Shown one piece after another: positions 1 through 9,481 of a DNA stretch of 64,000 nt. The stretch is from positions 5,517 to 69,516 of the forward strand of contig JAUXSN010000003.1 of the NCBI GenBank assembly GCA_030679895.1, read 5' to 3'. The DNA is from Candidatus Moraniibacteriota bacterium. GTDB lineage: Bacteria > Patescibacteriota > Minisyncoccia > Moranbacterales > UBA11712. The first letter of the stretch is position 1, and every line of letters starts with the position of its first letter. The notes under the pieces are model-generated. The model saw only the letters and a list, made by a program, of their open reading frames with translations. It was not told the origin of the DNA and did not search any database. A program made the translations under genes and the position numbers.

Positions 1-896
1 ACAAAGACCGGGGAAAGTTCTTTGGAGCTGTAGTATTCGTCCATGGCGCAAAGGCCGGCACAAATTTCGTCCAAAAAACAAGCTTCGCATTTTTTCGGCT
101 TGTCGCGATAAAAATTCTCCTGCACGACCAATCCCCTGCCGTCCAAAAAATACAGGGGACGCAGTTCGTTTTTTACGATTTTTCTCGTCTCCGTCGAAAC
201 GTGCTCGAACCCGGGCATATAGCAAAGCGGCACCCTTTCAATTCGGAAAGTTTTTTTGTTTTTTTCCAGGATTTTGGCCATCCTGACAAGTTCGATTTCA
301 AAATCGGAAAATTTGGGAATTGTGTCCGTGTTTTCCCTGGCTCGCTCCGAAGTCGGGTCAAGATTATTGCAGCTAAAATGGCCGACAAAAGGATAATTCC
401 GGATGATGAATTCCACCAATGAGCTGAGATGGTCGGCGTTATACTTATTGAAAGTGATGTTTATGTCAACTCTCACCTCTTTCATCCCCGACAAATGGCC
501 GAGTGTTTTTTTGATGTTTTCGAGCGAATCTTCTTTTTTGGAAAGAAAGGCCTGGATCTTCGGACGATGGGAATAGATGGAAACATGGACGTGCCTGAGT
601 CCCGCTTTCGCCAAAGACCGGAGATATTTCTTGTCCGCTGTTTTCTGGGCGTTGGTTATCATCTTTGTCTCAATTTTTTTCTTTGAGCAATATCGGATCA
701 GATCGCGAAGGTGTGGATATTTGGTCGGCTCCCCTCCCGTCAGAATCAAGCCGTCATAACCTTTTTTTTGATAAGTATCCACCAGCTTTTTCGCGCTCGC
801 CAAAGACATATCCTTCCACCCCGACGGAGGATTCGAACAAAAACGGCATTCCTGGTCGCATTCTCTGGTTATTTGGATGTAAGCAAAGTTGGCCAT
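1..896 (-). CDS. radical SAM domain protein (partial; C-terminus runs off window start)
   Basis: Manual translation of minus strand gives uninterrupted frame from ATG at 894-896 to window edge: MANFAYIQITRECDQECRFCSN...GLILTGGEPT...C-terminal CEACFLDEICAGLC; CxxxCxxC rSAM motif + GGEPT glycine-rich motif, same architecture as downstream ~300 aa rSAMs. Not in ORF track because no stop inside window. Confidence 0.6.
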   Translation of the reverse strand, partial: MANFAYIQITRECDQECRFCSNPPSGWKDMSLASAKKLVDTYQKKGYDGLILTGGEPTKYPHLRDLIRYCSKKKIETKMITNAQKTADKKYLRSLAKAGLRHVHVSIYSHRPKIQAFLSKKEDSLENIKKTLGHLSGMKEVRVDINITFNKYNADHLSSLVEFIIRNYPFVGHFSCNNLDPTSERARENTDTIPKFSDFEIELVRMAKILEKNKKTFRIERVPLCYMPGFEHVSTETRKIVKNELRPLYFLDGRGLVVQENFYRDKPKKCEACFLDEICAGLCAMDEYYSSKELSPVF

Positions 897-903
897 AATA
901 TTT

Positions 904-1842
904 TTAGCGATGGTTTTTTTTCAAATACTTCCGAATGTCCCCGAAAAATCGGCGGTAAGGCGAGGGCAGAACTTCTTTCACCGGCTTATATCTCAGCCTC
1001 AAAGCCGTGTAAAAAAACAGGAACGAATCAAGCTGCTCCATGTCTTTCCGAGAAAAACGGAGGGAGGGCAGCAACTTGCGGTTGATGCTGTTCATATATC
1101 TTATAAGATTCGCGACATCTCTTGTGTTGTCGTGGGCCGTCCGAAAAATTTCGAAACGGAGATCGTCAAGCCCGACGCTGTCGAAATCAATCATTAAGAG
1201 CTTTTTTTTGTGATAAACCAGATTCTTGTCAGTGCAATCTCCATGGCAGACTTTCAGATCCTTGTATACTGCAAAGTATTCATTCGCTTTTTTTTCCAAT
1301 TCGTCAAAATCATTGAAAAAAATTTTAAGCTTTTTCCTATGTTCATTGTCGCCCAAAACTTCCCTAAATTCAACTTCGTGTCTTTTGAATTTTTCGGCGT
1401 TTAGTTTTTTTGCAAGGCGTTTGTCGGAATTGACAATGTTATAAAAAGAAGAAAACAAGCTGATTTCTTTCCCTCTTTTGTTCTTTACTTTGGAAAGATC
1501 GCTTTTGACAAAAGGGAAGAGCTGGACCGCGGAATCGTTTTTATGTGTGACAAAACCGCCGCGTTTGTTTCTTGCCGGATAAAGAGCGGGAAATTTTTTT
1601 TTCAAAAGAAGATCATAAAGATCGTTTAGTAATGCCATATTTCCAAAATCGCTGGCTCCCACTTTCAAAAACCATTCCCGCCCCTCTTCGTCTTTTAGGA
1701 TAAAGTGGTTTGGCCTCACTCTGTTTTTGTAGTAAAACGGGCTCAGGTCTGAAATTTTTATGCCGGAATAATCTTCGGACACTGTTTGTTTTATGAATTT
1801 TTCCATTTTCATTGGCATATTATTTTTGTTAAATAGTGGCAA
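904..1842 (-). CDS. protein-kinase-like phosphotransferase (APH/choline-kinase fold)
   Basis: 312 aa ORF; motifs VCHGDCTDKNLV (cf. HGDxxxxN catalytic loop) and LMIDFDSVG (cf. IDFD/DxG Mg-binding) typical of aminoglycoside/homoserine-kinase-type phosphotransferases; embedded between rSAM genes on same strand. Confidence 0.5.
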   Translation of the reverse strand: MPLFNKNNMPMKMEKFIKQTVSEDYSGIKISDLSPFYYKNRVRPNHFILKDEEGREWFLKVGASDFGNMALLNDLYDLLLKKKFPALYPARNKRGGFVTHKNDSAVQLFPFVKSDLSKVKNKRGKEISLFSSFYNIVNSDKRLAKKLNAEKFKRHEVEFREVLGDNEHRKKLKIFFNDFDELEKKANEYFAVYKDLKVCHGDCTDKNLVYHKKKLLMIDFDSVGLDDLRFEIFRTAHDNTRDVANLIRYMNSINRKLLPSLRFSRKDMEQLDSFLFFYTALRLRYKPVKEVLPSPYRRFFGDIRKYLKKNHR

Positions 1843-1853
1843 ATTTTGGCGTC

Positions 1854-4055
1854 TTATTTTTTGGATAATTCCCCGTAGCGCCGATGCAAGAAAGTTTTCA
1901 AAGCGGGAGAAATTGACTTAAAAGGTTTTATCTCCTTATCCCCGTAAAGATCCAGGTATAATTTAGGAACACCTCTGCAAAAATAAGATAATTTGCAATT
2001 TTCACATTTCGATGATTTCGAAAGACGGCCTCTAGCTGTATCACTATAACGATTATAAGTCGAGTCTTCAATAGCTACACCATTTGATGAAATCTTAACG
2101 ACCGCGCTTCTAAGAGCAGGTAAAAAAAGTTCATTAAATTTTTTATTGTCTTTAGCGAACAAAATTTTCAAATATGAATCAGGGAGAACGCAAAAGGGAA
2201 TGTCGAACTTCGCCCTTGGCATGAAAGCTTCCTTATTCAATATCATTCTTATGTCAGCATACCGAGGGCAGACCCGGCCATAATCGGTCGCGTCGGAGTT
2301 CACCGGCCTGACTTTTCTGAAGTCAATCCTGCGAAGTTTTAGTTTTTTTACAATAAATTTATAGATGTCCGGAACAACTGAATAATTTTGTTTCAGCAAA
2401 AGGGAGTGCAGAACTATTTCGACATTCGGATTTTTTTTCAAGTTTTTGATCGCGTTCATCAGTTTATTGAAGCTCCCTTTCGTTCTTGTTATCTGATCAT
2501 GTATTTTTTGGTTTTGGCCATAAATAGGCAATTCAAATCTACCAACGCCCGAGCGCACAATCAAATTTGTGAAAGATCCAGACGCCAGTTCCATCCCCGT
2601 TGTTTCCAAAGATATCTTTTTAAATCCGATTTTTTTCGCGTGCCTGATAATCTGCAAAATTCCGTCGCATTTTAAGGGTTCATTTCCTCCTATGCACAAC
2701 CGCACAGCATCGGGATAACACTCCCTGATGAGCAAGAGATAGAATTTCAAATCGTCGAGATCAAAAACAACTTTTTCATTTTTCATCTTGGAAATTTTGT
2801 CCCGGGAAGAAACAGCTCCCGAGCAAAAAACGCAATTGAGGTCACAATGGGAAACGCCGCTCAGACTCAGCAAGATGCTTGAGTTTTCAGCTATCTCAGC
2901 TGAGAAGGGTCTTAGCATTTTCAAGCCGTTCTCTTTTGCGAAATCGGCCGGCACGCCGTCACATTTTTTGTCGAATTTGCATATATTGCATTTTTGCCCT
3001 TTGGCAAAAAATCTGAAATTTATAAAAAAATAAAAAAAATCAAATATACCGCCTCCTGACAGCTCGCGAATTTTTTTGGAATCGTAGCGACCCGGATTTT
3101 TTTTTGGATAGCAGAAACTATTTTTGAAATTAAGCTTTTTGTCTTGCACCAATTCGCGCAAATCGCGGCAAAATTCATCGGCCGGACAGTGCCGGCACCT
3201 TTCCTCGAAGCAGGGAATTTTTCCTTTTCCGAAAATAAATTCATTAAACATTCCTTCCCAGCATCCCAATACCGTATAGGGATCGAAGGGATAGTGGAAA
3301 AATTTTTCCAAATGATCTAGATACTTTGACGGATATCCATCCAGCTCAACGGTTATGTTCTTTTCGACAGAAAATTTGAGGACTTTTCTTATATAGGACA
3401 TATCCTCATTCGGCCTTGTTATTAGACTGTCACGATTTTTCCAGGCTCTCCCAAGAGGTAAAATTCTGTGCAAATATAATTTATTTATTCCTAATTTTTC
3501 AAAATATTCGACCATTTCAAGCAAATGAAAGAAATTGAGTTTGTTGACTACGACAGAGATATTGACTTTCAAATTTTTCATCTTTATGGCATTTTGCAGT
3601 CCCGCGAACGTTTGCTTGAATGATCCCTTTATTTGAGATTGGGATTCATGCAGTTCTTTGGAATGTCCGTGAATCGAGAAAGTTATTTCGTCCATTCCGT
3701 TGTTGGCCGCCGACATCAAAAAATCGTGATAGGCAAACATTCTTCCATTGGTAACAACTTGAACATGCGAGTAGCCCATTTTTTTAGCCGCACCGATAAT
3801 TTCTATAAAATCCGGATGGATGGTCGGCTCGCCTCCGGAAAAAATGACTTCCTTGATCTTTTTTCCTCTGCCTTCCAGTAATTTATTTTTAATTTCCTGC
3901 TTGGATATTATGGATCCATCCTGATTATCGCTATCCAAACAAAAAAGGCACTTGTTATTGCAAGTTTTTGTCAGCCGGATCCAATGCTTTCGTCCTATCG
4001 AATCCTTCTCTCGACTGGCAATACTGCGGTGTTTCAATATTTTTTTTCTCTCCAT
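1854..4055 (-). CDS. fused tandem double radical SAM protein
   Basis: 733 aa; N-terminal rSAM domain (CNNKCLFCLD, GGEPTIHPDF, C-terminal CRHCPADEFC) plus second rSAM domain (CDLNCVFCSG, GGNEPLKCDG, C-terminal CENCKLSYFCRGVP); paralog of 4066..6141. Confidence 0.75.
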   Translation of the reverse strand: MERKKILKHRSIASREKDSIGRKHWIRLTKTCNNKCLFCLDSDNQDGSIISKQEIKNKLLEGRGKKIKEVIFSGGEPTIHPDFIEIIGAAKKMGYSHVQVVTNGRMFAYHDFLMSAANNGMDEITFSIHGHSKELHESQSQIKGSFKQTFAGLQNAIKMKNLKVNISVVVNKLNFFHLLEMVEYFEKLGINKLYLHRILPLGRAWKNRDSLITRPNEDMSYIRKVLKFSVEKNITVELDGYPSKYLDHLEKFFHYPFDPYTVLGCWEGMFNEFIFGKGKIPCFEERCRHCPADEFCRDLRELVQDKKLNFKNSFCYPKKNPGRYDSKKIRELSGGGIFDFFYFFINFRFFAKGQKCNICKFDKKCDGVPADFAKENGLKMLRPFSAEIAENSSILLSLSGVSHCDLNCVFCSGAVSSRDKISKMKNEKVVFDLDDLKFYLLLIRECYPDAVRLCIGGNEPLKCDGILQIIRHAKKIGFKKISLETTGMELASGSFTNLIVRSGVGRFELPIYGQNQKIHDQITRTKGSFNKLMNAIKNLKKNPNVEIVLHSLLLKQNYSVVPDIYKFIVKKLKLRRIDFRKVRPVNSDATDYGRVCPRYADIRMILNKEAFMPRAKFDIPFCVLPDSYLKILFAKDNKKFNELFLPALRSAVVKISSNGVAIEDSTYNRYSDTARGRLSKSSKCENCKLSYFCRGVPKLYLDLYGDKEIKPFKSISPALKTFLHRRYGELSKK

Positions 4056-4065
4056 CGAATAATAC

Positions 4066-6141
4066 TCACCGCTTAGAATGATTTTTTATGGGCGTGAATT
4101 CGGAATCACCGTATAAATTGAGGTAGGCTTCAGGGACTCCCTGGCAATAGCTGTCTAATTCACATTTTTCACATTTTTCGCATTTGGAAAAACCGGCTGG
4201 TTTCGTCTCTTGATCGCCAAAGTCATTTACTTTTATACCCGCCGCGGAAATTCTCACCATCTTGATAGAATTGTCGAAAAGATCGCGCCTTCTGTCGGCC
4301 GGCAAAAGGCAAAAGGGCAGCTCGATTCTGGCCCCGGGTGCCAGCTTGGCACCGCTGAATGCTTTTTTGATTTCAGAATAACGGGGACAATTTCGCGCAT
4401 AATCCGCCAAATCGCTGCTTCGAGGCAATAGTTTTCTGAAACTCAATTTTCCGACGCCTAGATTCCTAGTGACATAATCATGGATCTCAAGAACAAACGA
4501 ATAATTTTTTTTCAGAAGCAATGTGCGCATCTCTATTTCAACTCCCGGATAATCTTTTAGGATTTTCACCGCCTTAATCAGACGGGAAAAACTTCCCTTT
4601 CTGCCCGTTATTGAATCGTGCAATTTGGCGTTATGGCCGTAAATAGGCAACCTGAAACTCCTCACGCCCGCACCGATCAACTCTTTGACTTTTTTTTCGT
4701 CGACCAGCCCAAAGCCGGTGCTGGACAAGGCAATTTCCCGAAAACCCAATTTTTTCGCGTATCCGACCAGTTCGACCAAGTCGGGACAATTGAGAGGTTC
4801 GTCTCCGGTGACAATCAATTTCCCCGCCGAAAAAAATTTTCGGGCTTCGGCCAAATTTCGTTTTATTTTTTCCAAACCGGGATGATGTTCTTCATTTTTC
4901 TTGGGACGCAAAGTCCGGAAACAAAATATGCAGCGCAAATCGCATTTCGTTATTTCCTTGAGATCAAGGAAAAACTCCGTATTTTTTCCCCTTCCCGAAA
5001 CCAAGGGTTTCAGAATTTTCAATCCTTTTTCTATGACATAATCGCAAGGGGCGCCGTCGCATTTTTTTTTCAGATCGCAAAATTCGCATTTTTCGCTTTT
5101 GATGAAATATCTGTTGTCGATGAAGAAGTCCAACAGACGGAAGAGGCTGGCTTGGAGATTTTTTTTGTTTATTTTGATTGTCTTTTCTTCCATTTTATCC
5201 GGAACACAAATAGGCATTTTTTTGGAAACCAGCTTTCCTTCTTTTTTGAAACGGATCAGGTCGTCGCAAAAATCGCCAAGGAAGCAATGGACGCATCTTT
5301 CTCCACGGCAGGACATTTTTCGCCCGTTCTTCAAAAAATCTTCGAACATTCTTTGTCTTCCCTTTACTTCATCATGCATCTTTTTCGGATTTTGAATCAG
5401 ATCCTCAAAGCCTTCAAGATACCGGGGAGGAAACCTATTGGTCCAGATGAATATTTCCCGATTTTTTGAAAATTGAAAGGCCTCTTTCAAGTTTGGCAGG
5501 GCTTTTTCGATGTCATAAAACAATTTATTTCTGTTTTCCCAGGCTCTGCCAAAAGGAATGATTTGGAGAAGATCAAACTCTCGCACGCCAAAATTGATGA
5601 AATATTTGAGGATATCCGCCAAATTTTCAACATTCATTCCGTTTATAACAATATCCTGATTGACAATCAGGCCGTCAACGACAAGCGCGTTTTTGAGACC
5701 GATTAGCGCTTGTTTGAATGACCCTTTGATTTGCGTGAGGCTGTCATGAAGTTCTTCCGTATGGCCATGGATGGAAAAAGTTATTTCATTAACACCCGCT
5801 CTGATGGAAGAAATAAGAAAATCCCGATAAGCAAACATTCGGCCGTTTGTTATGACTTGAATATGCTTGTATCCCATATCTTTCGCCATTTTGACAATTT
5901 CAATGAATTCCGGATGAATGGTTGCTTCTCCGCCACTCAGAACAACCTGATCGATTTTTTTCTTTCTGCCTTCTCGAAATTTTTCCCTGATTTCATCTTG
6001 AGTCAAAACAGTTCCGTTCTGTGCTTCTTTGTCCAGACAAAAAATACAGTTGTTGTTGCAAACTCTAGTCAAACGAACCCAATGCTTTTTTTTCGCGGCC
6101 GCCTGCTCTTTTTTTTCGATTTTCAGGAAGTTTTTTTTCAT
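4066..6141 (-). CDS. fused tandem double radical SAM protein (paralog of 1854..4055)
   Basis: 691 aa; CNNNCIFCLD + GGEATIHPEF and second domain CDLRCIFCFR + C-terminal CEKCEKCELDSYCQGVP; collinear with neighbour. Confidence 0.75.
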   Translation of the reverse strand: MKKNFLKIEKKEQAAAKKKHWVRLTRVCNNNCIFCLDKEAQNGTVLTQDEIREKFREGRKKKIDQVVLSGGEATIHPEFIEIVKMAKDMGYKHIQVITNGRMFAYRDFLISSIRAGVNEITFSIHGHTEELHDSLTQIKGSFKQALIGLKNALVVDGLIVNQDIVINGMNVENLADILKYFINFGVREFDLLQIIPFGRAWENRNKLFYDIEKALPNLKEAFQFSKNREIFIWTNRFPPRYLEGFEDLIQNPKKMHDEVKGRQRMFEDFLKNGRKMSCRGERCVHCFLGDFCDDLIRFKKEGKLVSKKMPICVPDKMEEKTIKINKKNLQASLFRLLDFFIDNRYFIKSEKCEFCDLKKKCDGAPCDYVIEKGLKILKPLVSGRGKNTEFFLDLKEITKCDLRCIFCFRTLRPKKNEEHHPGLEKIKRNLAEARKFFSAGKLIVTGDEPLNCPDLVELVGYAKKLGFREIALSSTGFGLVDEKKVKELIGAGVRSFRLPIYGHNAKLHDSITGRKGSFSRLIKAVKILKDYPGVEIEMRTLLLKKNYSFVLEIHDYVTRNLGVGKLSFRKLLPRSSDLADYARNCPRYSEIKKAFSGAKLAPGARIELPFCLLPADRRRDLFDNSIKMVRISAAGIKVNDFGDQETKPAGFSKCEKCEKCELDSYCQGVPEAYLNLYGDSEFTPIKNHSKR

Positions 6142-6158
6142 ATCAGCGTGGGAAAAAT

Positions 6159-7577
6159 TTATTTTTTCGCCATCGATTCATAAGCGAAAAAGGAAGCAAA
6201 AATGAATTTTTCTCCGGAATCTTTGAAGAAAAGTTCAAAGACGCCCTTTTTTTCTCTCATTTTTTTCTTTTTTTTCAAGGCGTTCATCGCATAAGGGAAA
6301 ACATCGATGATCTCCTTGTCGAATATTCCGGCGAATTCTCTCGGGCGCAGAATATTTCCGTGTTCCATGGAGCTGATGACGAACCTTAGCATTTCATCGT
6401 TCGCCGAAAGTTTTCTCCCGGAGTATATTTTTATTTCCGGATCGAACCTTGATTGGGAAGCACTCTGCTGGTATTCCAGTGTGCCGCGCAGATATGACCT
6501 TGAAAAAGGGCCCAGCCCGAAAGTGGAGGATGGAGAGCTGGATGAAAATTCTCCGCCGTATTCCCTGCCTCGGCTTTTTCGGGGATTGAATTTTTTCAGT
6601 TGCCTTATGTCGTTGAACTGCCAAAAAAAATCCATGGAGCCGAAAGGCCTGGCATCATATCCGTTCTTTCCCGCTATATCATACGCTTTTTTCAACAATT
6701 TCGGAATTTTTTTCGGATAATAGGTTTTGAAATATTGCGGATAATTCATCTTGAAATGGCTGGCCAGATATTTATCACTGGGCGGATAAAGACCATAAAC
6801 TGTTATCGTCGTTGGCCGCATTGCAGTCAATTTTTGAAAGCTATCCGCAAAGGTATCCGGCGTATCAGTGGAAAATCCCGCGATCAGATCAGCGTTGACA
6901 ATATCAAATTTGTTTTTTTTCGCCGTTTCGATGGCCTTCTTGACGGTTTCATATTTTTGAGAATCTCGACGGTTGAACAAAAGGATTTTCTCGCTGAAAG
7001 ACTGCACGCCGAAACTGATTCGATTGAAGCCAAATTTTCTCAAAAGGGATATTTTTGACAATTCGCCGACGCTCGAGTTGAATTCATACGTCCAGATCCG
7101 TTCTTTCGGGTCGTCGGCAAAATTGAAATTTCTGAAAAGGGCGGAAAACAGCTTTTCTATTTGCGCGGAACTCAAGATATTGGGAGTTCCGCCGCCGAAG
7201 TATATGTTTCTGAATTTTATTTTTGAGAAAGTTTTTCGGAAAAAACGGAAATTTTCGATCAAATATTCAACGTATTCATCCAATTTCTTTTCGTCTTTCA
7301 GCTCCCAGGAAGGAAAACTGCAATATTCGCACCGGGAACGGCAAAAGGGCGTGTGAACATAGAAGTTGATATTTCCAAGGACTTCCTGACCCTTGTTCGC
7401 CCGAATAAAATTCTCCCAATATTTTTTGATTTCGGAAGCGGCATACTTTTCATCATATTTTGGAAGCGTATAAAGCCGGCTGATGTTATAGTAGTAGCCG
7501 TTTTTCTCAAGAAAGTCCTTGAAAAAGGAAATCTGTTTTTCCAAATCCCTATTTGATATTTTTGGCGCGTCGGTCAT
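6159..7577 (-). CDS. HemN-like (oxygen-independent coproporphyrinogen oxidase family / class C) radical SAM protein
   Basis: 472 aa; CRSRCEYCSF motif ~70 aa from N-term, GGGTP motif, HemN-like length and C-terminal domain; 4-nt overlap with upstream gene. Confidence 0.7.
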   Translation of the reverse strand: MTDAPKISNRDLEKQISFFKDFLEKNGYYYNISRLYTLPKYDEKYAASEIKKYWENFIRANKGQEVLGNINFYVHTPFCRSRCEYCSFPSWELKDEKKLDEYVEYLIENFRFFRKTFSKIKFRNIYFGGGTPNILSSAQIEKLFSALFRNFNFADDPKERIWTYEFNSSVGELSKISLLRKFGFNRISFGVQSFSEKILLFNRRDSQKYETVKKAIETAKKNKFDIVNADLIAGFSTDTPDTFADSFQKLTAMRPTTITVYGLYPPSDKYLASHFKMNYPQYFKTYYPKKIPKLLKKAYDIAGKNGYDARPFGSMDFFWQFNDIRQLKKFNPRKSRGREYGGEFSSSSPSSTFGLGPFSRSYLRGTLEYQQSASQSRFDPEIKIYSGRKLSANDEMLRFVISSMEHGNILRPREFAGIFDKEIIDVFPYAMNALKKKKKMREKKGVFELFFKDSGEKFIFASFFAYESMAKK

Positions 7578-8515
7578 ATTTTTTTGACTGGCTTAAATTC
7601 TTTCCACCCTCTTCTTCGGACGTAGGCTTCCCAGACTCCGCTGCAGGAGTCAAAAAATCGGCATTCCGCGCACTCCGACCCCTTGATTTTTTTCGGCCAC
7701 TTGACGGAAGTCGGCTTGATCGCTTCTGACTTCGCGTTCTTTCTTCTCACGGCCGATTCATACTCGATAATGTTGCGTTCGGCTCCGGGAAGGACGCAGG
7801 GAGGAAGTCCGAGGACAAGTATTTCCGGACGACGGTTTTTCAGCCGCTTTTCAAACTTTTTCAAAACTCTCGCCACTTCTTTTCCGACTTTGAAATAACG
7901 TGGCACGATCTGCTCAAAGTATCTGTCGGCTCTTCCTTCCGGCAGCACCGTGTTGAATACGATCCCCTCAACGCCGTCGAAAGTCAGCATGAGCCGAAGA
8001 TAATTTTCCATGTCGCGATAATTTATTTTATTCAGCAAAAAATTGACAAAGAATCGGAAAGGGTATTTTTTGGCGAAAAAAGACAAATTGCACAGACCAA
8101 AAAAAGTTTCCTCAAAACTTCCCGGCACTCTCGTAATCGCATCATGCACTTCTTTTTTGCTCCCGTGAAGGGAAACGCTGATCTCGTTGAGGCCGGCTTT
8201 GAGCAAATTCTCGCAGAATTTTTTGTCCGCCAGCTTTCGACCGTTCGTGATGAGATCGACTTTCTTGTAGCCATATTTCATGGCCAGCTTAATAAGATCC
8301 GGAAGGGCGGGATTCAGCGTCGGTTCTCCGGAAGAGAACAAAACCCGGTCAATTTTTCCCCGCATCGCCTTGAGATCATTTTCCGCATATTTCTTCAAAT
8401 TTTTGAATTCGGCCCGATTCTGCTTGTGAAGATCCGAGCAAAACAAGCACCCGTTGTTGCAGTGGGAATTCGTCAAAATATGCAGTCTTTTTTCTTTTAT
8501 CTCTTTGACAGACAT
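7574..8515 (-). CDS. radical SAM protein with C-terminal Cys cluster (partial SPASM/twitch-like)
   Basis: 313 aa; CNNGCLFCSD, SSGEPTLNP, C-terminal CAECRFFDSCSGVWEAY. Confidence 0.75.
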   Translation of the reverse strand: MSVKEIKEKRLHILTNSHCNNGCLFCSDLHKQNRAEFKNLKKYAENDLKAMRGKIDRVLFSSGEPTLNPALPDLIKLAMKYGYKKVDLITNGRKLADKKFCENLLKAGLNEISVSLHGSKKEVHDAITRVPGSFEETFFGLCNLSFFAKKYPFRFFVNFLLNKINYRDMENYLRLMLTFDGVEGIVFNTVLPEGRADRYFEQIVPRYFKVGKEVARVLKKFEKRLKNRRPEILVLGLPPCVLPGAERNIIEYESAVRRKNAKSEAIKPTSVKWPKKIKGSECAECRFFDSCSGVWEAYVRRRGWKEFKPVKKI

Positions 8516-8524
8516 ACTGGTTTT

Positions 8525-9481
8525 TTATTGGACGATTAGTTCCCCGTCCCCAAACTCTTGATAATATTTTTCGAAAATGCCCGGACAAAAATCTTTTTTC
8601 GAGCACCTCAGGCATTTGTCCGGTTTCATGACTCCTTTCAGGGGCTTGAACCCTTCGGTCTCGGCCAAAACGGTCCTTTTGTCCCTTCTAATTTTTTTGA
8701 GGGTGATTTGAAAATGCCATTTAGTGTCACTGGAGCGATCTTTAAGCTCTCCTAGGACACAAACCGGCAAACCGAAAAATTTTATTTTTCGGGATTTTTT
8801 TGCAACCAGTCTCGCGAGTAATGGAATTTTTTTTCTTATTTCGCCCAAAGGCACGACCAGATTCCGATAATTTTCCAGCGCCCGGCCTTCCGGAGCCAGA
8901 CCGGAAAACAATATTTTTTTCACTCTCTTATATCGACTGATAAAATCAATTATTCGGGTGAGTTTGGAAAAGTTATGTTTCGTTATCAAAATCCTCGCTG
9001 AAATTTTTGTTTCTGCCGGAATTTTTTCGACATTTTCCAAAGACTTTTTCAGTATGGAGAAACTTTTTCCGTTTCGAGTATGAAGGTTGTGCAGCCTGTC
9101 GATATGTCCGTAGATTGAGAAAGACAAATAGTCGATATGCGGCATAATTTTTCGGCAAAAATTTTCCTCGGAAAATCTTCCGCCGTCAGAATTGACGAAA
9201 ACCTGATAGCGCAATCTCTTGGCAAGTTTTGCTATTTCCACAATGTCGGGATGCAAAGTCGGCTCCCCGCCGGTGAGAACCAAAAAATTGAAACCCGCTT
9301 TCGCCCGTTTTTTTATCTCCCTTTCCACTTCCGCTTTCGCGACAAACTGGCCCTTGAAGTCTTCCAGCAGATCCTTTTCTCCGCAAAAAATGCAATTGTT
9401 GCGGCAAGAAGAGGAAATATAAAATTCCAGGCGTTTGATTTCGCTGTTTCTTTCTTCAATATTTCGTATATTTTTTTTCAT
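8525..9481 (-). CDS. radical SAM protein with C-terminal Cys cluster
   Basis: 318 aa; CRNNCIFCGE, TGGEPTLHP, C-terminal CLRCSKKDFCPG. Confidence 0.75.
   Translation of the reverse strand: MKKNIRNIEERNSEIKRLEFYISSSCRNNCIFCGEKDLLEDFKGQFVAKAEVEREIKKRAKAGFNFLVLTGGEPTLHPDIVEIAKLAKRLRYQVFVNSDGGRFSEENFCRKIMPHIDYLSFSIYGHIDRLHNLHTRNGKSFSILKKSLENVEKIPAETKISARILITKHNFSKLTRIIDFISRYKRVKKILFSGLAPEGRALENYRNLVVPLGEIRKKIPLLARLVAKKSRKIKFFGLPVCVLGELKDRSSDTKWHFQITLKKIRRDKRTVLAETEGFKPLKGVMKPDKCLRCSKKDFCPGIFEKYYQEFGDGELIVQ

Noticed and set aside
201-1197. Plus-strand ORFs (73-124 aa) overlapping the partial rSAM gene
   Set aside because: Antisense shadow ORFs with low-complexity products. The minus-strand frame carries clear rSAM motifs.
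4618-5469. 283-aa plus-strand ORF inside the double-rSAM gene
   Set aside because: Antisense to a well-supported CDS. Phe-rich composition typical of reverse-strand translation of an AT-rich gene.
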